From assembly GCA_013204605.1 (NCBI GenBank), contig JABMNI010000041.1, positions 170 to 64,169 on the forward strand: 64,000 bases of DNA. Reading direction: 5' to 3'. This DNA comes from Ignavibacteria bacterium (GTDB lineage Bacteria; Bacteroidota; Ignavibacteria; Kapaibacteriales; Kapaibacteriaceae). Position 1 is the stretch's first letter. Each line of letters starts with the position of its first letter. The notes under the pieces are model-generated. The model made no database searches and was not told the DNA's origin. It saw only the letters and a list, made by a program, of their open reading frames with translations. Below, piece after piece: positions 49,554 through 58,582 of this stretch. The position numbers were made by a program, and so were the translations under genes.

Positions 49554-50928
49554 CGCATGGATTCCCGAATTTGGTCAATCTCACGTTTGAGGGAGTTATT
49601 CTGCTCAGATAATCTGATAACGTAGAGCGTCAGTTGTTCAATTTTTTCTAAAAAAGTTGCTTGTAGCTTGCCAAGCAGAACCCCATGTTCTGCTACTTCT
49701 GACTGATTTGGAATTCCAGGAAGGTGTTTGTTCTTATATATATACTCTTTCAATTCATCTATTGCCATAAGGTTATAGTCTTCGCTAAAAACGTAATCGG
49801 GCCACCAACCTCCAGTTCGAACAGCAATTTCTTTTGTCAAGATCACACCGTCTACATGCAACTTGTGAGAAAAATTTGCCGTTAGTTGATCGTCGTTATA
49901 ATTTTCACCTATAATAACATCACCCTTTACTTGCAGTCCGCCCCCTGCTAAATTCGAATGTGCATCACCATACCCTACTACCAATGTCCCTGCATTCGTT
50001 AGCTTAATCAACTGGGAGTTATCCGAGTTAGTGATCCTCAAGGCATTTGTCGCACCTGTATAATCTTGCGTCTTGATAAAGAGTCTTGTCCCAGTTTCCG
50101 GCGTACCACTACCGAATGCGTAGATTCCGTTGCCGTTGGAATCGTAGTATAAACTCAATCCATTAAACGTTCCAGATGGCTCTTGAAAATCCACTGCTCC
50201 GTCAGCGCTTCCAGTACCACCTAATCCCAATCGCACCTTACCGTTGCTGGCAAAATCGAGTACTGAACTGTATCCATTGTTAATTCGCTTCTGATTGTTC
50301 GAACCGTCAACGTAGACATTGAACCCGAAAAAGTCGTTGAACGAACCAACATGAAACGTCAGCCGTGGACCTATTTGCAACAACTCCTTTGGATCTACAC
50401 TCGCAATTCCAACGTGTCCAATGTCGATGATCCGCATTCTTTCCGCATCTGCGCCGCTATTCGGCGATGTCGTCGCAAACCGTATCATCGAACCAGGATC
50501 GCGAGTGGTAAGAATCAGGTTGGCGGTTGTAGAATCAGAGACACCCACGGCAATTGAAAAATCATTGAGAGTTTCGAGTGTAGTATTTTGAAACCCACCA
50601 CGATACAAACTTAAAGTTGTATGAAAATCACCAGCACATATCGGACTCAGTGCTGGACCATTCGAGCTGAACCTTAGAGATGGCTGACCACTCTCCAATA
50701 GATGCAGAGTAAATGGCTGCGTATAGTTATTTGCGCATGCACAGCCATTCGCATTGTCTGTAATCCTTACCCGCTGGCCAATTCTATCCCCATTTATTAC
50801 ACCCGGATTACAGTTTTGTGACCTAGCTACCCCATGAATACAAAACAGGCTTATTATAAGAACCGCAACTATGTTATCACGTCTGGATAGGTAACTACGT
50901 CGAGAGAGAGAGAGAGAGATTTAATCAT
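49550..50928 (-). pseudogene. Secreted fibre-like protein with tail-fibre chaperone-like C-terminus, frameshifted at (TC)9 (phase-variable OFF candidate)
   Basis: GAGGT SD and ATG 50928 give MIKSLSLSLDVVTYPDVIT*; removing one TC gives MIKSLSLSRRSYLSRRDNIVAVLIISLFCIHGVARS-QNC, open through to WPDYVF...HLPGIP...LEKIEQLTLY and a coiled coil. Confidence 0.78.
50902..50919. repeat. Microsatellite (GA)9 (coding strand (TC)9)
   Basis: Read directly. Confidence 0.95.
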
Positions 50929-50978
50929 AAACACCTCAATGTTAAAAACTTAAACGCAGTATTTATACTGAATTGACA

Positions 50979-51006
50979 ACTATACTAAATTTTTTTTTTA
51001 AAGCAA
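50979..51006 (-). promoter_or_regulatory. sigma70-like promoter with A10 tract in the spacer
   Basis: TTGCTT-16 nt-TATAGT on the minus strand; T10 at 50990-50999 on plus. Confidence 0.45.
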
Positions 51007-51242
51007 GTGAGTTTCCAAACAAACTCGAAATATCCTTAATCTATTGACTACTTATAGGAGTAGTGCATCGACAACCTGAAGGTTTTGCCAGATAATTCTA
51101 ACTGGATACAAACTCGAAATCATATGTTCGCTGTTTATATGAACAGTAGCAATTTTGGTCGCCACCATCCATCGTAACGCATAATAGATCAACTAGCTAG
51201 GTCAATCCAATTTTCTGCAAATCGCCGAGCTAAAATGTGCAG

Positions 51243-51287
51243 TTAGCTGTCCCGAACGCAGCTAGGGACGAACTGGACCATTAGCAA
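51243..51287. repeat. 45-bp imperfect direct repeat, right flank of the protease island
   Basis: 36/45 identical to 45792-45836; a shorter inverted relative lies at 51420-51443. Confidence 0.75.
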
Positions 51288-51443
51288 TTAGCATTCTCAG
51301 ATTTCCACATTTTCACACTAGGTTTCTTCCCGGTACATCCTTCCCGGTAATTTTTCTCCCGCCTATTTCTTGGGCGTATTTTGTAGTTCGTAAATTGAGC
51401 GCGACTCGTAATTGTTTTTTCGTCCCTCGTAGCGCTCCGGACT

Positions 51444-51492
51444 CGCAATTCGTAACTCGCAATTCGTAATTCCTAATTCGTAATTCGAAATT
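51444..51492. repeat. Heptamer tandem repeats (AATTCGT/AACTCGC)
   Basis: CGCAATTCGTAACTCGCAATTCGTAATTCCTAATTCGTAATTCG; same family at 14190, 39030 and 59875. Confidence 0.8.
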
Positions 51493-51496
51493 GTTT

Positions 51497-52864
51497 ATGA
51501 ACTTTTCAAGCATCCATCACATCCACCTAGTCGGCATTGGCGGCATTGGCATGAGCGGCATCGCCGAAATTCTGCTTTCGCAGGGGTTCAAGGTGAGTGG
51601 TTCGGATTTGGCGCGTAGTGATGCTACTGACTATTTGCAGCAGATTGGGGCCACGATCTACATTGGACACAGCGAAGAAAACGTACACGGCGCCGAAGTT
51701 GTGGTGTACTCGAGTGCTGTAAAGCCCCTTTCAAATGTTGAAACTGTGTATGCTACCGATAAAAAAATTCCGATTATCCGGCGCGCCGAAATGCTGTCGG
51801 AAATTAGTCGGCTTAAGTATTGTCTGGCGGTGGCGGGCACCCACGGCAAAACCACCACCACCAGTATGTGCGGGTTGATAATGATGCAGGCATCGCTCGA
51901 CCCAACGGTGATTGTGGGAGGTAGGTTGAAGGGGCTGGGTGGTACCAATGCGCGGCTGGGCAAGGGCGAGTGGATTGTGCTGGAGGCAGACGAGTATGAC
52001 CGGTCGTTTTTGCAGCTGCTGCCCACGATTGCGCTGGTTACCAATATCGAAGCAGACCACCTGGATATTTATTCGGATTTGGATGATATTAAGGGGGCTT
52101 TTGTAGAGTTTACAAATAAGGTTCCGTTTTATGGGACGGCGTGCGTGTGCTTGGATGATGCGGGCGTACGCGACATTTTGCCGCTGATTAAGCGCGTTGT
52201 GGTGACCTATGGGATGTCGCCACAGTGCGATGTACGCGCGACCGATGTAGAATTCGATAAGAATTCGGCCACATTTATGTTGAATTATCATGGCGAAGAA
52301 TTAGGCACAATTCATTTGAATGTTCCCGGTGATCATAACGTGCGTAATGCGCTTGGCGCTTGTGCAACGGCCTTGCAATGCGGCATTTCTTTCCAGGTTA
52401 TTCATGATGCTTTGAAGCTGTTTACGGGAGTGTACCGGCGGTTTGAGTTGATTGGTGAGCGCGATGGAGTGATGATTGTTGACGACTATGCGCATCATCC
52501 TACCGAGATTAAGGCCACGCTTCAGGCAGCCCGCGAAGGGTGGGACCGACGCATTGTGGCCGTGTTTCAGCCCCATACCTACACAAGAACCAGAGATTTA
52601 TATAAAGAATTTGCACTTTCTTTCGACGATGCAGATATTATGGTAATTACCGACGTTTATCCCGCCAGAGAAGCGCCAATTGAGGGTGTTTCGGGACAGC
52701 TCATTGCCGATGCAGCAAAGGCTGCAGGGCATAAGTCGGTACTATACGTGCCGCAACGTTCAGACGTGGCCAAAGCACTGCGTCCGCTGCTTTCCAGCAA
52801 CGATTTAGTGCTTACCATGGGTGCCGGCGATGTGTGGAAGATAGGACAAGAACTTCTGAACTGA
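51497..52864 (+). CDS. murC: UDP-N-acetylmuramate--L-alanine ligase
   Basis: GIGGIGMSGIA, AGTHGKTTTT, EADEYD, DHLD, DDYAHHPTE, FQPH. Confidence 0.97.
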   Translation: MNFSSIHHIHLVGIGGIGMSGIAEILLSQGFKVSGSDLARSDATDYLQQIGATIYIGHSEENVHGAEVVVYSSAVKPLSNVETVYATDKKIPIIRRAEMLSEISRLKYCLAVAGTHGKTTTTSMCGLIMMQASLDPTVIVGGRLKGLGGTNARLGKGEWIVLEADEYDRSFLQLLPTIALVTNIEADHLDIYSDLDDIKGAFVEFTNKVPFYGTACVCLDDAGVRDILPLIKRVVVTYGMSPQCDVRATDVEFDKNSATFMLNYHGEELGTIHLNVPGDHNVRNALGACATALQCGISFQVIHDALKLFTGVYRRFELIGERDGVMIVDDYAHHPTEIKATLQAAREGWDRRIVAVFQPHTYTRTRDLYKEFALSFDDADIMVITDVYPAREAPIEGVSGQLIADAAKAAGHKSVLYVPQRSDVAKALRPLLSSNDLVLTMGAGDVWKIGQELLN

Positions 52865-52927
52865 CTATTTTTGCCCTCTGCTCGTCAGTGACGAGCCTTA
52901 AATTCATTGTTTCCGAAACACTCAGAA

Positions 52928-55045
52928 ATGCTCATGTTGAACAGACTCAATCCAAACGCGGTTGTACTTGCCATTTTATGCATTGCCTGCACCCAGATGT
53001 TTGCACAGAAGAAAACGAACAAAACAAGCAGCCCAGTTGTTAATAGTTTCGATGCCCTTGTGTTGGCTACCGTTGGTTCAGAAAAAGTAATGTATGCCGA
53101 TGTAGAACGGGCGTTTCAGAAAAACATGACCCGGCGCGACACTAGAATGTCGCAGGTGCCAAAAGATACCGCAATGGACTTCCTTCGGCTATACACAAAC
53201 TACCGTTTGAAAGTTGCTAGCGCCAAAGAACGCGGAATGCACAAAGATTCGGCCGTGATGGCCGATATCGAGAACAACCGGCGTCTGCTTTCGGAAACGT
53301 TTTACTTCGACAAAGTAGTGGCTGATGCTCGCGTAACTGAGCTGGCCAAACGTCGCACGCAGGAATTGCAAATCGGAATCATTCTTTGCGCAATTCAAAA
53401 CACCGAGACAAAATTGTGGGATACCGTTGGCAGCAAGCGGAAAGCCGAAGACATTATTAAGCAGCTAAGCAACGGTGGCGATTTTCAGAAAATTGCTCGC
53501 GAACAATCCGACGATAAAGAAACCGGCAGCAACGGTGGAATGCTTCCGTGGATTTCTGGTGGCTCCATCATTAAAGCCGTCGAAGACGAAGCCTATTCAC
53601 TTCCCGTTGGCAAGCACAGCGCCAAGCCCGTCGATTCTCGCTTTGGATTTTTCATCGTAAAAGTTTTCAATCAGGTTCCGCGTACGTCAGTGAAATTCCG
53701 TCACATCCTTTTGCAAGCGAAAGACGGACGCGACAGCCTTGCCACTATGGCGCTTGCCGATTCGCTGGTCAAGTTGTTAAGATCGCCTAAGGCAAAGCAA
53801 AGGGAGCTTCTCAAATCTCGTGGCATCACAACTGAAGGCGACGCATTTACCGAAGTAGCAAAGAAGTATTCAAACGATGAAGCTTCGGCTGAGAAAGGGG
53901 GCTATCTGGGTTCGTATTATTCACGTTCAGGCGGTCTAGAAGCAAACGGTACAAGATTACTTGCCGAGTTTGAACACGGTGTGTACGGATTAAAGGACGG
54001 CGAAATTTCTGACAAGGTCAAAACAATTTTCGGCTGGCATATTATTATTCGGGATTCAACAAAAATTCCAAACGAGTTAGTAGAACGCGATGTAGCAAAG
54101 CGTACGTACCGCAGGCTTTACTTCGAAGAAGACAAACGCGCTGTATACGACTCACTTAAAATGGCATACGGTTATCAATGGGACGCAGCAACGTTTAAAG
54201 CGTTCATGAATACGATCGATACTACAAAAAACACGCAAGACACTGCTTGGTGGAAGGTTGTACCAACTGACTTAGCCACACGTTCAATATTCAACTCGCC
54301 TAAGAAAAAACTCACCGTAAACGACTTCACAGATTCGCTACGCCGCAGAATGGATATGCGGGGCTACACCCTCAACCGATCGGGAATGGAACGTGCGATT
54401 AATAAGTTGTACGATGCCGAAGTGCTTGATCAAGCTACTTCCGTGTTAGAAAATAAATACCCCGACTTCGCTGCGCTAATGCAAGAATTTTACGATGGCA
54501 TTTTGCTTTTTAAAGTTGAGGAGCAAGAAGTGTGGAGCAAGTTGAAATTCGATACTGTCGATGCAAAAGTGTTCTATGAGTCAACCAAATCACGATGGAT
54601 TTCGGAACCTAAATATCGATACTCAGAAATCTACGTTCTGCAAGATTCGATACTCAACGAAGTACAACGAAGATTAAAAGCCGGTGAAAGTTTTGAGTCG
54701 GTAGCTGCGGCATACACCCAGCGCGATGGTGCACGCGACAAAAACGGATCCATGGGAGCACAGTCTCCACGCACTTCCAAAATCGCCCACGTGATCGAAT
54801 CCGAACGACCATCCATCGGTTCCGTGAGTGCTCCAATTTCTATTGATAAGGGGCATAGTGTTTACCGGTTCGACGGACCTGAAGCACCTCACGTGAAATC
54901 TTTCGAAGAGGCCTTACCCGAGCTTGCACCTGCATATCAAGACGCCTTGCAAAAACGACTAACCGAGCAATGGCTTTCCGACGTGCGTAAACGCAATCCC
55001 GTTGTAATGAACGAAGCAAACATTCAGACTATCTGGGGTAAATGA
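52928..55045 (+). CDS. Parvulin-type peptidyl-prolyl isomerase (SurA/PpiD-like, multi-domain)
   Basis: FQKIAREQSDD...GGML, RHILL, AKKYSND...GGYLG, TIFGWHII. Confidence 0.9.
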   Translation: MLMLNRLNPNAVVLAILCIACTQMFAQKKTNKTSSPVVNSFDALVLATVGSEKVMYADVERAFQKNMTRRDTRMSQVPKDTAMDFLRLYTNYRLKVASAKERGMHKDSAVMADIENNRRLLSETFYFDKVVADARVTELAKRRTQELQIGIILCAIQNTETKLWDTVGSKRKAEDIIKQLSNGGDFQKIAREQSDDKETGSNGGMLPWISGGSIIKAVEDEAYSLPVGKHSAKPVDSRFGFFIVKVFNQVPRTSVKFRHILLQAKDGRDSLATMALADSLVKLLRSPKAKQRELLKSRGITTEGDAFTEVAKKYSNDEASAEKGGYLGSYYSRSGGLEANGTRLLAEFEHGVYGLKDGEISDKVKTIFGWHIIIRDSTKIPNELVERDVAKRTYRRLYFEEDKRAVYDSLKMAYGYQWDAATFKAFMNTIDTTKNTQDTAWWKVVPTDLATRSIFNSPKKKLTVNDFTDSLRRRMDMRGYTLNRSGMERAINKLYDAEVLDQATSVLENKYPDFAALMQEFYDGILLFKVEEQEVWSKLKFDTVDAKVFYESTKSRWISEPKYRYSEIYVLQDSILNEVQRRLKAGESFESVAAAYTQRDGARDKNGSMGAQSPRTSKIAHVIESERPSIGSVSAPISIDKGHSVYRFDGPEAPHVKSFEEALPELAPAYQDALQKRLTEQWLSDVRKRNPVVMNEANIQTIWGK

Positions 55046-55058
55046 TATTAACTCACTC

Positions 55059-56372
55059 TTGATTAACTCGCTCTTAAAAAGTCCGCAACGCTTGTTTTTG
55101 TGTGCCATGGCAGTTCTTGCCCCATTGCTGGGGAGCGCTACTCTTGTTGCGCAAGAATCTGTCGAAAAAATCATGGCCGTTGTAGGCAAGGAGATAGTTC
55201 TCAAGAGCGACGTTGAGGGTCAGCTAGAGGTACTCGCATCCAGAAATCCGGCAATCGATAAAGCAGATCCGAAAATTCGTCAATTCGTTTTGGATCAACT
55301 TATTAATGAGCGCTTGATCATGACAAAGGCTCAAGAGGACACTGTAGAAGTTTTAGAAGAAGACATAACGCAGCGAATGGAGTATCAAATTCAATCGATG
55401 GTTCAACAGTTTGGATCGGAGAAACGGATTGAAGATTTGTACGGAATGTCGATGAGCAAGGTACGCCGAGAATTTCGCGACGAAATCAAGAAGCAACTTC
55501 TCGTTGAAAAAATTCGGAACATTCATTTTGGGAATGTAAAAGCAAATCGTTCAGATGTTGAAAGTTTTTACGAGCGTTACAAGGACTCAATTCCGGAGAT
55601 TCATCCGCGTATCGACCTTTACCACATAGTTCGTTATGTACGCGCATCGGACGAACAAAGCAAGGATGCCTTCGACCTTGCAATTCGCGTCCGCGATTCG
55701 ATTATGAAGGGCGGCAACTTTGCCGAGTTCGCTAAAAAATATAGCGGCGACCCAGGATCGGCCGTTCACGGTGGCGACCTAGGATTCGTTGAAAAAGGAA
55801 AGTTCGTTCCTGCGTTCGAAGCTTCGGCGTATGGCTTGCAGCAGAATGAAATTTCTCACCCAGTCGAGACCCCGTTCGGCTGGCACGTTATACAACTGAT
55901 AGATAAAACTCCCACGTCAATCAATTGTCGGCACATTTTGTTTAAGGTTGGACAGTCAGAAAGCGATCGTAACAAGGCACGCGAGGCACTTAACGAGATA
56001 CGAGATAGTGCAAAGGCAGGCAAAGATTTCGAGGAGCTAGCTAAAACTTTCAGCGACGAAAAAGAAACCCAAGGTTTCGGCGGTTCTATGGGTCAGATTG
56101 AGTTAGAAAGACTTCCCGAAGACATGCGAAAAACCATCGAGGCTTTGCCCGACGGAGGCGTGAGTGAACCTATGCCCTATGCGGCCGATCCAACGAAACC
56201 CGGCTACCACATAATGTTCCGGAAGTCACTAATTCCTGCACACCAGGCCAGCCTAGAAACAGATTACAAAGCCATTGAACAAATGGCAACGTTCGAGAAA
56301 AAACAGCGCCTAGAGCAAGAGTGGATTGTTCAATTGCGCTCAACCCTGTACTGGGAACAACGCGACAAGTAA
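55059..56372 (+). CDS. surA: SurA-like periplasmic chaperone/PPIase
   Basis: SurA N domain (IMAVVGKEIVLKSD), AKKYSGDPGS..GGDLG, FEASAY, TPFGWH, RHIL. Confidence 0.85.
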   Translation: MINSLLKSPQRLFLCAMAVLAPLLGSATLVAQESVEKIMAVVGKEIVLKSDVEGQLEVLASRNPAIDKADPKIRQFVLDQLINERLIMTKAQEDTVEVLEEDITQRMEYQIQSMVQQFGSEKRIEDLYGMSMSKVRREFRDEIKKQLLVEKIRNIHFGNVKANRSDVESFYERYKDSIPEIHPRIDLYHIVRYVRASDEQSKDAFDLAIRVRDSIMKGGNFAEFAKKYSGDPGSAVHGGDLGFVEKGKFVPAFEASAYGLQQNEISHPVETPFGWHVIQLIDKTPTSINCRHILFKVGQSESDRNKAREALNEIRDSAKAGKDFEELAKTFSDEKETQGFGGSMGQIELERLPEDMRKTIEALPDGGVSEPMPYAADPTKPGYHIMFRKSLIPAHQASLETDYKAIEQMATFEKKQRLEQEWIVQLRSTLYWEQRDK

Positions 56373-56431
56373 ATGCCGGGGAATTTTAGCCGGGGAGATA
56401 TCATTAACTTTGGGGCTTCAACGGAGTTCAC

Positions 56432-57451
56432 ATGAAAATTTTGAGACGTATTCTGTGGTCGCTTTTAGGCTTAGTTGTAGCCGTAATGATAGTGGGATTG
56501 TTTTTGCCTTCGCAGGTAAGTATCGAGCGCTCAATAGTGGTAAAAGCTGATGCAGCCGAGGTGTACGATTTGATTGCCAACCCCACCAACTTCAGCAAAT
56601 GGTCGCCATGGCACGAAAAAGATACGGCCATGGAGATTACATTTTTTGACCCACTTTATGGCAAGGGGGCTGGGTATACGTGGAAGAGTGAGGTTAGTGA
56701 AGTAGGCTCCGGACGGTATGAGATAATCAGCGTTGATCCCGGCAAGCAGATAGATGTGGAGATGAATTGGGACGAAATGGGTCCGTCGTTCGCAAAGTAT
56801 ATTATTACGCAAGATCCCGCCGGAAGCAAGCTCGTATGGACGTTCGAAAAGGATATGGGCAGTTGGCCTCTAATGCGCTGGATGGGTTTACTAATGGACC
56901 CTATGCTAGGATCGGACTATGAGAAGGGTCTGGCTAAATTCAAGACCGTCATTGAAAAAGCCCCCAAGGCGCACGTAGCCAGTATTTCGGAGCAGCAATT
57001 TCCCGGAATGGACATACTTTCAGTTACCAGCACCATTAATCCGCGCCTGATTGGTTCAACCTTGGCCAAGAGTTACGGCGCTATTATGCAAAACATGGGC
57101 TGGCACAACCTAACAATGATGGGCAGCCCGATGGCAATCTATCACACATGGTCGCCTTCAAAAACCACGATGGAAGCGGCCGTTCCCGTGGCATTAATGC
57201 CTGTGAGCGCTGGCAAAATGGACCTGGGCGGCGAAGTTATTGTCGGTCAAATGAAACCCGGCGCGACGGTCGTTGCGGACTACTTCGGACCTTACGAGCG
57301 CACCGGAATGGCACATGATGCACTAGCAAACTGGGCCATCAAGAACGGGAAGCAATTAATGGATGCGCCGTGGGAGATCTACGTCACAGACCCAACAACC
57401 GAGCCCGACCAAAGCAAATGGAACACCAAGGTTTGCTATCGGGTTAAGTAA
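56432..57451 (+). CDS. SRPBCC + GyrI-like domain protein
   Basis: N-terminal TM, ERSIVV...WSPW, DYEKGLAKFK; C-terminal GPYE...PWEIYVTDP. Confidence 0.88.
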   Translation: MKILRRILWSLLGLVVAVMIVGLFLPSQVSIERSIVVKADAAEVYDLIANPTNFSKWSPWHEKDTAMEITFFDPLYGKGAGYTWKSEVSEVGSGRYEIISVDPGKQIDVEMNWDEMGPSFAKYIITQDPAGSKLVWTFEKDMGSWPLMRWMGLLMDPMLGSDYEKGLAKFKTVIEKAPKAHVASISEQQFPGMDILSVTSTINPRLIGSTLAKSYGAIMQNMGWHNLTMMGSPMAIYHTWSPSKTTMEAAVPVALMPVSAGKMDLGGEVIVGQMKPGATVVADYFGPYERTGMAHDALANWAIKNGKQLMDAPWEIYVTDPTTEPDQSKWNTKVCYRVK

Positions 57452-57468
57452 TCGAAGTAACTTTGCAC

Positions 57469-58020
57469 GTGGCAAATCCATTCAGTTCTGCATCGGTTAA
57501 AACATTTTCGGTCCTTTTTGCACTTGGAGGCACCATTTGGTTGGGTGCAACCATTGCAAGAACCGCAATTGGTTTTGATGTTTTTGAAGGGGGCTCTCTG
57601 ATTTTCAAGGAGTGGCAACCTGTAGAAGTAAGACTGCATGTTATCTGGTTGTTCTCCATGTTGGGCGCACTTACTGGATGGTCGTTCCTATTGGCCACAA
57701 TTGGCGCTGTTGGCAACCTGTTTTTATTGCGTCAGCATACCAAACAACACGGTTGGATAATGATGGCCGCCATCATGTTTTTGCTCATGTTACCCGTCCA
57801 AATGTACCTATCGTGGCAAGATTTCCATCTGTGGCGATTGTTCGATCCGTATACCGGAATGCCCCTTGCCAAGACCGATGAAATATTCAGTGTCTTTTTA
57901 ATGCGCTACACAAACGTGCTTATTAACGTCGCAACCGGCATGCTTGTCCTGATGGGCGTAACGCTGGTAATGGTGTTAGCGGCACGACCGCTAAGCAAAT
58001 GTGAGAATGTGGAAATTTGA
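57469..58020 (+). CDS. Hypothetical membrane protein
   Basis: Four hydrophobic segments; probable GTG start. Confidence 0.7.
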   Translation: MANPFSSASVKTFSVLFALGGTIWLGATIARTAIGFDVFEGGSLIFKEWQPVEVRLHVIWLFSMLGALTGWSFLLATIGAVGNLFLLRQHTKQHGWIMMAAIMFLLMLPVQMYLSWQDFHLWRLFDPYTGMPLAKTDEIFSVFLMRYTNVLINVATGMLVLMGVTLVMVLAARPLSKCENVEI

Positions 58021-58180
58021 GAATGACAATGTGGAAATGCAAATGTGAGAATGTGGAAATTTGAGAATGACAATGTGGAAATGCAAATGTGTAAATGCAA
58101 ATGTGTAATTGAGTAGATATGTAAATGAGTAGTTATGTAAATGAGTAGATATGAGAATGCCAACAAAACGTTTCAAAGCT

Positions 58181-58215
58181 CCTATCCGCAAGTAGGGGCG
58201 ACGCATGCGTCGCCC
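58181..58215 (+). repeat. GTAG-type REP-like palindrome
   Basis: CCTATCCGCAA-GTAG-GGGCGACGCATGCGTCGCCC. Confidence 0.85.
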
Positions 58216-58270
58216 GAGTTGTCCCCAAGAAAACCCAATGTGTAAATGTGGAAATGTGGAAATGTGAGAA

Positions 58271-58582
58271 ATGAAACCCGATAAAATTCTTGAAGAGTTA
58301 TACGCGTTGGCAAAGAGCCTTGGATATAGTGTTCATCGCGAGCCGGGAGCCTTTAAGGGTGGGGCATGCATTGTGCGCGAACAGAAACACATCATCATAA
58401 ATAAGTCGATGCCGCTCGAAGCATCGTCAGTTATACTTGCACGCGCGCTGTGCCAACTCGACGTTGAAGGAATGTTCATCAAGCCCGCCGTGCGCGAGAT
58501 AATTGATCGCGAAAGAAAATGGGCATTGTTGAACCCAGACGTTATGTTCGAACTCGATGGCGCCAAAGAGGTTCAAGAATGA
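58271..58582 (+). CDS. Conserved hypothetical protein
   Basis: GAFKGGAC...IIINK, FIKPAVRE; stop overlaps era start. Confidence 0.8.
   Translation: MKPDKILEELYALAKSLGYSVHREPGAFKGGACIVREQKHIIINKSMPLEASSVILARALCQLDVEGMFIKPAVREIIDRERKWALLNPDVMFELDGAKEVQE

Noticed and set aside
49550-50928. Prophage remnant suggested by the tail-fibre-like C-terminus
   Set aside because: No other phage genes are present; the protein has a signal peptide and is coupled to T9SS cargo genes
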